Source: Pelomyxa schiedti (taxonomy: Eukaryota > Protista > Evosea). Taken from it: 64,000 nt of DNA. Numbering within the stretch: the stretch's first letter is position 1; each line of letters starts with the position of its first letter. This document shows, in pieces, positions 34,257 through 45,753 of the stretch. The stretch lies in assembly GCA_020536535.1 (NCBI GenBank), contig JAHLWZ010000508.1, positions 27,025-91,024 on the forward strand, read 5' to 3'. A program made the position numbers and the translations under genes. Below the pieces are notes generated by a model, which had not been told where the DNA came from, made no database searches, and saw nothing but the letters and a program-made list of their open reading frames with translations.

Positions 34257-36337
34257 TTAGAAATATAAGGGGTAAGTGTGATAGGTGTTAGTGTGTGAGT
34301 GACGTGGTGTTGTTACTCTTGTGACTTTTGTCTGATTGGAGGGAAGCATTCCCGGCTGTGCGTGAGCGGTGCTAGTGTTGTGGAGTACCTCAGTGTGTTG
34401 CTGGTAGGTGGTGATGAATAAAGTGATGGGAGTGCCGGAGATGTGGACCTCATTATGCCTGTTGATGGTGACAGGCACGGTGATAGCACCTTTCCATTGG
34501 AATGTGGTGACAGGGTCGGTGACAGAGGCGTGGGCTTCTGGATGTAGGTGGGTGCGGGGAACAGTGACAGTGTGGCTGAGGTACTGAGGGAGGAAGCCGG
34601 TGGTTGTGGGGTGAGTTTGGGTGAGGCATGTGGCTTGTGGATGTGGTGCGGGAGTGGCTTTTCTGGTACCGGGGTCTGGATAGGTGCCTCTTCAAAGCGA
34701 GGGGAGAACGGTAACGGGGGTGATGATGGCCTGGAGATAGTTGGGGAAGCCGGTCTGTCGCCGCCGGAGGCGTAGAAGAATGGCTTGGGGTTTGGTGTAG
34801 AAATGGTGTGAGCAATGTGAAGTAGTGTGGGGCTGAGCACAACGCTGGAGTCCGATTTCGTGTCTGGGGAGCAAAGGTAGGAGCCGTCGTAAAACGGAGG
34901 TGGTGGTGGAGGGGGAGGGGTTCCAGGCAAAGTAGCGGAGCCAGCTGGTGTGTAGACTGCTTTTGAGCTCTCCGCAAAAGCTTTGGCATGTATTTTAGGA
35001 GTACCAGCCTTGGTTGGGTTATGGATGTTGACAGAGACATTTCCTGATGGACCAAAAACTGGTTCAACATCCTGAGAGTTGTTTCGAAACAGTGTTGCCT
35101 AATTTCAGTTATTAAATCTGGATTGCATGCTTCTCTAAAGTACCTCATCATCAGATAGACGGGACCTCAGCTTGTTTATTACTTCTTCTGCTCTTTTGAG
35201 TTTCAGAAGTGCATCATCTCTTTCTAGTTGCACTACTATGAGCTCTAGAACGAAGTTTAATACAAAAAGCACAGGAACTTGGAGAGAACCTTCTCTATAC
35301 GTCTGTAGAGTGCGCTCAAGGTTATCTATTGTTGAAGCCATCCTTTTTATTTTCTAAGGGTGGACTTAAAAAATCTCATACAGATAGAAGAACCTACTTC
35401 CGAGTCTGCCTTCAGAAGTAATCGAGTCGAATGCTTGTCCGCGGCTTTTTCGTTTGTCCGTAAGTCTGGGGGGAGTGGAGGACTAGGACTGGGAGAGGGT
35501 GAAAGGAATTTTGAGGGTGCGGGCGGGAGATTCAAGTCATTAATAGACTTGCTCTTAGTCCGCGACTGGAGGGGTTGGTGAGATTGTGAGGCAACTGGTG
35601 GTGCTGAAGAAGTGGAATGGTCATCAGGATCCAGAAAAAGGAGGTCAGGATCAAGGGGCGATAGTGTTGTTCCCATTCTGCCGCTGACGCCTGACATCTC
35701 GGCGCAGGCTTTTCCTATAACACAGCCAAGGTTATTAGTGCCGCCCTGAGCGCTATTACCGCTCCGACTTTTCCTTATCGAGAAAGGATCCTCCTCCTCA
35801 TCTCTCTGAAAATATGTGAGTTAATCTTGCCAAAAAAAGAAAAGAGCTACATACAGAGCCAGAGACAGGAGTTACTCCACCGAGTCCCCCAAGTGCCGTT
35901 GCAAAGCAGGCCCGCAGGCCCAGAGCAGTGTTACTGGTTGCAGCACGCGGGGATGCAATCGGAGGAGGATACACAGGGCCCTTTGACGGCTCGAATGTGG
36001 GCGACAGAAAGTTGCCGTGGGTCGCGATGCTGGTGCTATTATTGCTGTTGTTATTGTTGTTGGAATGCCTCGACACGAACGGCGGCGACATAGACGACGC
36101 CGGCGACGCGGAGGGCGACGAGCTCGCGAGGGCGGGGCGCAGCGTGCACGGCGGCGACTCCACGAAGGCCTGGATGTTACTGTCGATGCTGCTGTTTTCG
36201 CGACGGCTCGCGGGCGAGAAGTCGCCGCACGCCGGAGCGTCGGCGCCAAAAAACGACGGCGCGATGACAGGGGAGCCGGTCGGCGACGACGAAGGGCTGC
36301 TTGAGTGCGCTCTTTTGTGCTGTCGCGGAACGACCAT
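34257..36337 (-). CDS. Hypothetical Ser/Pro-rich protein with central coiled coil (multi-exon; boundaries approximate)
   Basis: Chain of minus-strand ORFs (35798..36385, 35347..35697, 35135..35341, 34313..34930) separated by intron-like segments; LERDDALLKLKRAEEVINKLRSRL is coiled-coil-like. No domain was recognised. Confidence 0.5.
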
Positions 36338-36907
36338 AACGCTCGTCGTAGACGGATGCTTGCATCCCACGCTCGTCTTCAGCATTTTTATTTATTTCTT
36401 CTGTTGGTAGGTTGTTGGTTGACACAGAAGATCTCCGCACGCACAGCCACACGCTCTTGGTTTAAAATGCAGTTAATGAGTTGTCAATATTGACACCTGC
36501 GTTTGGGTTGGTCTAAACTCCAACACTCGAATTCGTGTTTTTCTGGTCTCGTTCAATGGGGTCAATCTTACATTCAAAGGGAAAATTTCAAGGGAATTCG
36601 CTTGTATCAAATCAACGAGTTTCGGGTTTGTCGGTTCCGTGTCCGGCAGGTAACCTTTCATAACCTCCTTCAAAGGGCGGCTGTTACCCCTTGTGCTTTT
36701 TTTGTTCCTTTGATTTTCCTTTAGTCGTTTTGTCACAGGGACTTCCCCCCTTTGTTCGATCACCACAAGTGGTCGCAGACGGTAATCCTCTGGACCAACC
36801 CAAACAGCACACCACAACATTGTGCCACAGTAGAAAGCAAGGAACTGTGTCAGAAAAGTCAGCACAACAGTACTTTCTGTTCTTGGAGAGTGAAAAGTGG
36901 CTTGGGA

Positions 36908-38056
36908 TCACAGTTTTGGTATGGCGAGGTGACCGATCACGACGCCCGTAATTGCCTCGTGGAGAGCAAACTTATTGATCGCTGAATTTGGTTCACTCTC
37001 CATTGGAATCACAAGTATCCCACAAGTGGAGTTCTTTGGCACTGCTTGACTTCGGCATTTCAGTGAACAACAAGGCCTGCCGATACTGGCGCCGTTGTAC
37101 ACCTTCAGGGTGTCAGTGTTGTGCATCACGGCAAAGTGCTCTGGGCCAACAGCTCCCACAATGAAGAACCCAGGGACCGGCCTGGGTTTTTCTGTTTTCG
37201 TGTTGAATACAGCAGCACCCGGGGAGTTGTGCAGAGTGAGCACTTCGTCGTTGCACGCAACGGCATCAATTGGCCCAATTGCAACAGTGACAACTCTCAC
37301 AACAACCAGCGATTTTTCGTTGAAACTGGCTTCCAAATCCACAAAAATAGCGCAGCCATTGTTTTCTTTCCTGAATCCAGCACCAAACCACACCAGCACA
37401 AATATATCATCACTTTGCTTGGAGAACACACCACACTGGGCAGAGTACTGTTTCAAAGGAAGATACACACAGGGCCCCTTAACTTCAGCACCGCCACAAT
37501 TCAACTTCCACAGCACAATCTGGGAGTACAGCCCCATAACAAGCCACTTTGTATTGGAATGAATCAACTTCCCAAAGAGATTCCCATCCCCCTGCATAAT
37601 AGGGGCAACCACAGCTCCAGTGTGTGGATCAACAACATTCAATGTCAGACTCTCCCTCCTCCCATACTTAGAATATCCAACATCCCACAGCGTTACAGTA
37701 AACAGCAACCTGCCATTCCACGTCCCATAAGTCTCAAGTACCTCGCCCAAATCCCTGTCATCGTCCCTCGTAACCACGCACGAGTGCACCACCCCCAGCG
37801 TAGGCGACACTCCCATAATTACTCGCAGGCAGTGCGACCCCACCCACATCGCCCTCAGATCTACCCCAAACACACGCACCGACGACACGCACACTACCCA
37901 CGCCCGCCCAAATTCGCACAACGCGGCGGTCGACGCCCTAAAAACAGCACGCAGGGAACTGCTGCCACCGCACCTGGCCAAACACCCACAACACAAAGCC
38001 ACCCACTGCGATCGTGCCTCGATTACCGGAATCACCCTAGGCCTCCCAAGAGACAT
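36908..38056 (-). CDS. Intronless member of the same lineage-expanded hypothetical family (382 aa)
   Basis: Single ORF; ARSQWVAL...CGGSSSLRA...FGRAWVV...VSPTLGVV. Confidence 0.8.
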   Translation of the reverse strand: MSLGRPRVIPVIEARSQWVALCCGCLARCGGSSSLRAVFRASTAALCEFGRAWVVCVSSVRVFGVDLRAMWVGSHCLRVIMGVSPTLGVVHSCVVTRDDDRDLGEVLETYGTWNGRLLFTVTLWDVGYSKYGRRESLTLNVVDPHTGAVVAPIMQGDGNLFGKLIHSNTKWLVMGLYSQIVLWKLNCGGAEVKGPCVYLPLKQYSAQCGVFSKQSDDIFVLVWFGAGFRKENNGCAIFVDLEASFNEKSLVVVRVVTVAIGPIDAVACNDEVLTLHNSPGAAVFNTKTEKPRPVPGFFIVGAVGPEHFAVMHNTDTLKVYNGASIGRPCCSLKCRSQAVPKNSTCGILVIPMESEPNSAINKFALHEAITGVVIGHLAIPKL

Positions 38057-38137
38057 TCCAAGAAAAAAAAAGCACTGTGATGAAAAAGTTTTTTTGTCTT
38101 GCTCCCATGATGTGGTGCCAACAAGGGTGTTGTTGGG

Positions 38138-41100
38138 TCAACCGGCAAAGTGAACTAGGTACCTTATTCTGGCCTGATCTACGCGGTACACTATGTATTG
38201 GTGCTCTACACATGATACATTCTTGTATGGTGAATCGATGATGTGGCCAACTGGTACTACTACATTGTCCCTGTGGTGGTTGTGAGTGTAAAGCATAGTA
38301 GATAATAGGACTCACTCTATTGTCATCTGCTCGGCTGGGTTTGGCTCTTGGGAGCCAAGTGCCCATGTGGAATCAAACCCGGGAAGTGCCTTTTCCATGT
38401 ACTGGTCACGAGGGAGCTGGGCCGGCTTGCCAAGTGCCGCATCAACCAGGAGCATGCAGAACTTCAAAGGCGATTAAGGGGGATTGTGGGAGGCAGTGTA
38501 GTGATATTGTATGGATGAATACATCGGAATTCTGTGACCGGCAATAGCGGGAAGCAAGCTGAGCAATGTCCGCAAAGTATACTGTTGAAGAGATTTTAGA
38601 ACAAGCAGATTTGGTTTTTTTTTTTTTTTTTTGAGCATTGTAGGAATAGAAACGAACTTACGGCCTTTGCCAAAGCGGTAACCAGAGGCAGGAGCTTCCG
38701 GAGGGGCAATTCGGAGACCTTGGGATATGATTCCAACGAACTTATGAATAGTCAATGAAAAAAATCACAAGGCAGAAAACAGAACATTGGTTAAGCGGGA
38801 CCCATGCCAGAGGAGCTTTCTGTTGCCAAGTACTTTGCTTGGTTCAAATCTATCAGATTCTCCTGCCCTGCCATGATGTTAGTTTTTTGCGGAAGAGATA
38901 GACTTTACCTGTCAACACGGTAAATGTTCTTTATTGCTGGGGTGGATCTTGGGTGTGTATTTGTGACATATCTAGGAGTAATCAGTTTCCAAACAAGCAG
39001 AAAACATAATATCTTACTTTTGAATCATTTGCCAATCCTCTGAGCCGGGTTCGACTGGTTCGATTGCTGCATTCAGCTTGGCATAAGATGAATCCACTGA
39101 GTTTCTGTCATCTGAATCCGTCTCTTGANNNNNNNNNNNNNNNNNNNNNNNNNNNNNNNNNNNNNNNNNNNNNNNNNNNNNNNNNNNNNNNNNNNNNNNN
39201 NNNNNNNNNNNNNNNNNNNNNNNNNNNNAATATCTTACTTTTGAATCATTTGCCAATCCTCTGAGCCGGGTTCGACTGGTTCGATTGCTGCATTCAGCTT
39301 GGCATAAGATGAATCCACTGAGTTTCTGTCATCTGAATCCGTCTCTTGAATTATCTTGGTGGCAATCTCAATATCCGCCAGAGCTTCGACAAGGTGAATT
39401 TTATCCTTCAGCATTTCTTGGTTGTTGATAACTGTATTTAAGTTGAGTCGACTAGGAAAAAAGTTCGCAGGGAGTACCAGGTGGCCTAACACGCCCAGTG
39501 ATGTGTGGTATATACCTTCGAAATTGTAACTAAAAACTGGAATTAAAGTTGAGGTACGTATAGAAAAGCGAAGAGTATTGCTCCAAAAGATCGAGGTTTG
39601 GGTGTGGCTTTTTCAACTCTTCCTCGATTTTCTTCAAAAAAGAATAGCCTGACTGTATGGTAGCCTTGGTCAGTTTACCTGTTATACCATAAGTACATTC
39701 AACACACTGAGGAGAATACCAACCAAGAGGACTTTTTTCCACATCGAACTCCAAATCAGTCATTATTCTCTATGGATATAATTACAACTACTATGCCAAA
39801 TTTTACATCATGCACCTCCATCATTTTCAAATCAAAAATCATTTTAATGAGCGACTGTACACGTGGCTCCAGGGTAGAAGTAGTGGCAGTCTTCTTTGCA
39901 GCTGCAGTGCGCTGTGAGAAGGAATGAGACTTGCTGGCCCAACAAAGGTCCTAAAACTTTATACCAATTGTTCAGGGTCGGGCTTAGGAGTGTAATCTAT
40001 TTCAATCAATGTGTACAACCCACTACGGGGACTAAAGTTCTTTCTGTTGGACCAATGGTTGCCTGTCTTCTCTTTAAATCTAGTTGGGCACTATTTTAGT
40101 GATGGATTTTAGTGTGGAAGTAGGGAGGGTAACTTGGCTTCAAACTGTTTTTTTGCCCTATCTAGGGAGCAAGGTGGGGGCAGCTTGTTTTGACCACGTT
40201 CCCCAACTGTGAAGTAAATGAAAAATTGGTTTAGGCTTGTATTCAGTGCCATACCTCTTCCCCATCTATTCCACACATAAAATTTACTGGAATCTTTATC
40301 TTCCTGAAGAATTTGTATTGCATAGAATTTGTTGTTGTTATTCTTAATGTTTGTTTGATTCAGCATGCAGTCCCAAATGGTATCTGGTTCCTCATAGACA
40401 TGATACTTTGCAGAATGAGGGACATATGTATCAACAGCAGCAAGTCCCTTGACAATCACGTGTTTTTTCTGTACACATATTGGCCGAATGTTAGAACTAT
40501 GAAAGTAAACCTGTCGAGGAGCTGAAGATGATTGGGGTCGTTCCGGTTCTGGTGGGGGCTCTGGGGTTGTTGATGAAGTTGTTGAAGTGGTAGATGTTGT
40601 AGATGTAGTAGTTGAGGTTGTTGGGGCTTCTGTGACAGCCTCTGTACCTGGGGGAGGAACAGGTTTTGGTGGCTCAGTATCCTGAGTTGTCCGACTTCTC
40701 TTGGAGGTAGTTTCAGCGGCATTTTCCTCCTCATGTGGTCTTTTGCGCTTGGTGAGGAGGAAGTCATCTTCTGGAAGCTTCTTCTCTGGGTACCATTAAG
40801 GATTTTTGCCAAAAAAAGAATGGATCATACTCTGTTTGATACATTGGTTGATATACTCTTCAGAAACAATGAAAAGGTTGTTTTTCTGCGGCATAAAATT
40901 GAGTGGGAAAAACGAATAATACCGCAAATCACGCACTTTGGCCTGCAATACTCTGTCAGACGGAACTTCCACCTGCTCCTCAATAGTAACCAAGTGTGTA
41001 ACCTACCAAAAATGTAAATTCCCAGAAAAAAAAAAACCAGTTGGCTGAGCAACAACTTATTATTTAGAGGTGCGACGATAACAAGAACAATAGCAGGACA

Positions 41101-41567
41101 GCAAGGGGGGACGCTAACCGACGACGAAACGCTGGACGCTACGGTACCCCCGTTGGTCTCAATCTTCTTCTTCATGACTGACTGCGTGACACTCATTTTT
41201 CCAGACAGAGCAAACACCATCCCCGAAAATATCCCATCATTCTCTTCTTCCTCTTCCTCCTCCTCTGATGACTCGGACGGAGAAGACTCGGACTCGGACT
41301 CTGAAGACGACTCCTCGCGTTTACGNNNNNNNNNNNNNNNNNNNNNNNNNNNNNNNNNNNNNNNNNNNNNNNNNNNNNNNNNNNNNNNNNNNNNNNNNNN
41401 NNNNNNNNNNNNNNNNNNNNNNNNNACAGAGCAAACACCATCCCCGAAAATATCCCATCATTCTCTTCTTCCTCTTCCTCCTCCTCTGATGACTCGGACG
41501 GAGAAGACTCGGACTCGGACTCTGAAGACGACTCCTCGCGTTTACGGCATCGCTTGGTTCCCGGCAT
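38138..41567 (-). CDS. PARP: Poly(ADP-ribose) polymerase family protein (BRCT-WGR-regulatory-catalytic) with Gln at the catalytic Glu position
   Basis: Acidic N-terminus; BRCT (FALSGKMS...[12 protein letters not shown]); WGR ([20 protein letters not shown]...VWNRWGR); regulatory domain (KSPLG|[11 protein letters not shown]); catalytic domain ([10 protein letters not shown]|[26 protein letters not shown]|LYFAD...VEHQYIVY). The gene spans two N gaps with duplicated flanks. Confidence 0.9.
39129..39228. other. Scaffold gap (100 N) with ~120-bp flank duplicated on both sides
   Basis: 39008-39128 is repeated at 39229-39349. Confidence 0.95.
41326..41425. other. Scaffold gap (100 N) with duplicated flank
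   Basis: 41205-41325 is repeated at 41426-41546. Confidence 0.95.
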
Positions 41568-41785
41568 CCCCGAAACAATTTACTTTATTTTTCTTTCCTT
41601 TTGCCCTTTCCGATTGCAGATTGGAGATTTCCGAAAGGTCACAGGAACGAATGGAAGAGACACCACTGAGGGATCCCAGTGTACTCTTCCAGAAGCATCC
41701 GAGGGATCACTCGAAATGAGTCTTCTCGCAAGGCTTCTAGTAGTTCCAGCAGGTTCCTAAGAAGCAATCAAACAATAGAAGACGA

Positions 41786-43781
41786 ATGAGCGGGGAGGTG
41801 ACACACGCAAGATCCACAACGGCAACGACGATGTATTATGGGTTGTTTATGTCACGTGTGACGTGGTTGCAGGGGTTGGTGTCTCACAAATGTCTAGCTC
41901 CAATAAAAGGTACTTTTCAAAAAACCAGCACCCTGACTTTGACATGATGTCTCTTTTTTTTTCTTTGTTTGTTTGAGGTAATAATAGGAGTGGAAGAGGT
42001 GAGAGAAGTGGAGGATGGCACAGGGAGTGATGTTTATTTTGTGGAGGAAAAACGATACCGTGTTGTGTATGGGGGTCTGGAGGGATTTAGTATGCTGGGA
42101 AATTCAATAGAGTACTGCAACACAAAGGAGAAGAGAGGACTTCTCTCTGGTATTGTATGTAAACCACCATAGGAACTACGGCGATAACATTTCGTTTTTG
42201 TAGCTTCAAGGCATTTCTTGGCTCCATTCTCATGGAATCGTGCATGGTAGCTTAAAGCCAGCTAATATTTGGGTATAACTCTCGGCTCTGATGTACACCC
42301 TCAAACTTTTTGTGACAGGTTGATGCCCTCAAGAGAGAAGTCAAGTTGACTGGCTATGGGTTGGCAAAATTCAAAAGAACCTATACAGAAGGTGTGTTCA
42401 GTTAATTTTCTTTTTGGTATTAAATACTACCCAGAATTTGATGGCCCTTTGGAGGAAGATGCTTTCTTCCAGTCTCCTGAGGCACTTCAAAGTCAAGAAT
42501 ACTCGATATCAAGTGATGTGTAATTTTTATGTTTTGTTTTGTCTCTCCTCACTCATGCAAGGTATTCCTTTGCACTCGTTCTGTGGAATTTCCTCTTCCA
42601 AAAATCTGCCCATGAAATGTACGACTCGTTTCACACTTTCTACAAGGTTTTGTTTTCAATTTTGCCAAGGAATTCCGTTTAATTTTTTGGCAATAGGATG
42701 TTATTTTAATGGGGGACAGCTTCGAAATCCCACAAACAACAGTTCAAGACTACATAAGAATTCCCCTACCCGACAAACTTCATCAAATCTTGAAGTCAAG
42801 CCTGCAAGCCAGTGCAGAAGGAAGACCTACTCTGGCAGCAATTCAAGAGACAGTCACGCGACAATTCACGGAATGGATAATTGGGACACCAGAAGCAAAC
42901 TTTTTTTGGCTCAGCTGTGTCAGGCGGAAAACTGTGTGTCTCATTTATATGTTTTGTATTTTTACATAAATGTAAGCACTGTGCACTCACTTTTTTGTGT
43001 GGAACCCATCATCACAGAGGCCAGCAGAGTTTAGTGCGGTTGATACCTTGTGATTTGTTGCCGTCCATCATTGACCTGGCTTTCCCATATGTACCCTCTT
43101 CTCTTTTTTCGCTTGTATTTACACATTCAGATCAAATTCTTCTCGGAGTCACTTCCCGTTGAAGACGTTCTTCAGGAAATAAGTATTAATTCAGGAATTC
43201 ACATCCAGCACTTGAAACCAGTGGCGTCACTTCTCAGGGGCATTCCTGTTTGGTTCCTTATCAAAGATAAGCCCTTATTGACTCGCAGGTGGATGCGGAC
43301 TGTAGAGATATGGGCACTATCGCCGCAGAAAGATTCTGTTACCTGGAGAAGGTTTTTGGCTGCTATTTTCTCCCAAAACACCTTCCCACTCTTCATGAGG
43401 TTAGGTTTCTTCTTCCAGGCCTTTTTATTTGACCCATTTTTTGATACCATAGGTTTGTGCTCTCCTAAAGGAAGAGTAGTTATCCTTATAACGCTTGATC
43501 ATTGCATTTATGCCTATAGGTGGTTTATGCCCCTGGTAACAAGAGAAACGGCCTACCGCTTCTTGTCGAATAGGGACCGAGGTACATTCCTTGTTAGAAT
43601 ATCGGCAACAGTGGACTCCACCCATCCCTTTGTTTTGTCATTCTCCGGTTCTAGTGGGATGATGAATGCCAGGTACTTTCGTAATCCCTTCACAGGCCTA
43701 ATACAGTTACAAGGATTTCCCGTATCCCAGGCCCTCGGTATATCTGCCAGTCTACAACCGCAGATACAGTACCACTGTTAA
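41786..43781 (+). CDS. SHK-like pseudokinase with C-terminal SH2 domain (start approximate)
   Basis: Spliced kinase C-lobe WLHSHGIVHGSLKPANIW|VDALKREVKLTGYGLAK...SPEAL...SSDV|YSFALVLW; SH2 domain RWFMPLVTRETAYRFLSNRDRGTFLVRIS...PFVLSF. Confidence 0.75.
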
Positions 43782-44353
43782 TTGCAGAACTGGTAAGACT
43801 CGAATACATACAGAACACCTGCCCTCAAAAAGAAATTTCCAATGACTACTAACACCAAAACATTGTCCTGTCCCACTCTTGCTTGGGGAATAAAAAAATC
43901 ACCAAGTCAGAGTGTGTAACAATGTTTGTAATCATAATCTTCATTGGATAGGAAGGTATATTCATCATTCTGGAACTCTGAGTTTATTTCTTCCGGGCCA
44001 GGGAGACCCTCCCCAAATGATTGCCCCTAACAATTGTGGGTTTCTTTTAAAATCATCGCAATATTGACTGTGGGGGTTGAGACGTCACCTGTTGCTTCCT
44101 TCTTTTTTTGGGGCATCAATGACAGGCCAAAACATTAGTGTATTTATGAGGTCGATAGGCAACACGTTTCGAATAACCGAAATTAACGTTAAACAAACGA
44201 AAAAAAAAGACAGCAGTGCCCGGACTGATTTCCCACCTGCTCGACGTCGAAGGCGAAGTCCATAAAATACAAAAAAACCCAAGACCATTTGGAGACGCGT
44301 GTGTGGTGGCTACCACAGTGAGGGGAGATCTGCGCACTACGTACGACTGCTGA

Positions 44354-45485
44354 ATGAACGACGACATCGAAGAACCAACTAAAGACGATATGAAGATGAC
44401 GGCTAGGATGCTCGCTGCTGCGCCGTCGGCCGCGCAGCAGCACTGCGTTTGCGTTGTTGTGGACGACGACACAAAGCAGCGCAAATTGACTGCCGACGAC
44501 TGCGAGGCCGGCGTATTTGTTGTGGGCGGAGCAGCGGGGAGCAACACAGGCTATATCTCGTGGAAGCAGAGGATTTATGAGGAACTTGCTCTCTTTGTTG
44601 TGTGGCTTCGGTTCGCCCTCATTTGCTTGGCTTACAATCTCTACGTCGTGTTTATGACCTCTCGGAACCTCGCGTTCTATCGTTTTCCAGTTGGAACGCC
44701 AAACTTGCCAGATGCTGGATTCGATATTATCCCTGCTAGTGATGGGTGGTTATCCTCCCTGATGGCCGAGCTGCCTGTAAAACTGGCTCTTGTTGCAGTC
44801 TTTGTTATTTGTGGCTTCAGCTTGTTTGATAACAGGCGCGACTCTCCAAAGGTCTCCCTTCCTGGCCATTTTATTCACACTAACCCCAACTCAGCCTCAC
44901 GCCGTAAGTATGCTGGTCCGTATGGGGATAGTTTGCCTTCTAGGCCAATCTGTGAGAATACTCACATTTCTATCTACCTCTCTTCCCGGTGCAAGTACTT
45001 TTTGCTCGTCGCCGGATGCCGGGCTCATTCAACCTCAAACGTTACGGGAAGTATTCCTCACTCGGTTCGTTCTCCGATTGAATGGGAATTGTGGCGATCT
45101 TCTGTTTAGCGGGCATATGCTGCACCTTATTATTTTCGTTTCAACGTTTTGCCGGTATGTAACTCCCATCCCTAATCATGAATACTCAACACTTTTAAGG
45201 TATGCCGATGCTTGTTTTGCACCAAGGATCAAGGGCCGGTCGGTTTCCGTACTTAAGTTCCTACTATGGTGTGCAGTACTAGTCCAAGCCGTAGGGATAA
45301 TATCGCTCCGGCACCACTACACAGTGGATGTTGTAGTGGCGTGCTACTTCACACCGCTGCTGTGGTACTGGTACTGCCACAAAATAAGCCCCGTGGACTA
45401 CACCATTCCTCCAGGCAGGCAACAACAAGCCATATCAATACCCGCACCCACAGAAATACTAATCACCAACAGCGAGAGTCCCTAA
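44354..45485 (+). CDS. Sphingomyelin synthase / inositol phosphorylceramide synthase family (PAP2_C) protein
   Basis: LPDAGFDII, RILTFLSTSLPG, CGDLLFSGH and RHHYTVDV (catalytic His/His/Asp motifs), multiple TM segments. Confidence 0.9.
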
Positions 45486-45753
45486 ACAAACATGCATCCC
45501 TAACAGCAAATCTCCCCCCCATGCTGCCCATTGCTCTCTATGCCCTCATCCCTCCCACCTCCACACACCCAGTTGTATTTGTGTTCGGCCATCAATGTAA
45601 ATTCCTCGTTTTATTTCTATACCTGCTATCACTCAGTGGAGAGAACGACGTGTCGTGGTTTATGTCTTACGTGAAGGACTCGATTTAAGCGAATCTGGAA
45701 CTCATCAGATACGCGAACGAAAATCACCGGAAAGAAGAGTAAAAAGGCAAAAA

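Noticed and set aside
39008-39349. ~120-bp direct repeats flanking 100-N blocks (also at 41205-41546, 53862-54203 and 57541-57882), which could look like tandem duplications or duplicated exons
   Set aside because: They are identical copies of read-like length on both sides of fixed-size gaps, i.e. unmerged contig overlaps (assembly artefact). Collapsing them restores normal PARP and MmpL genes.
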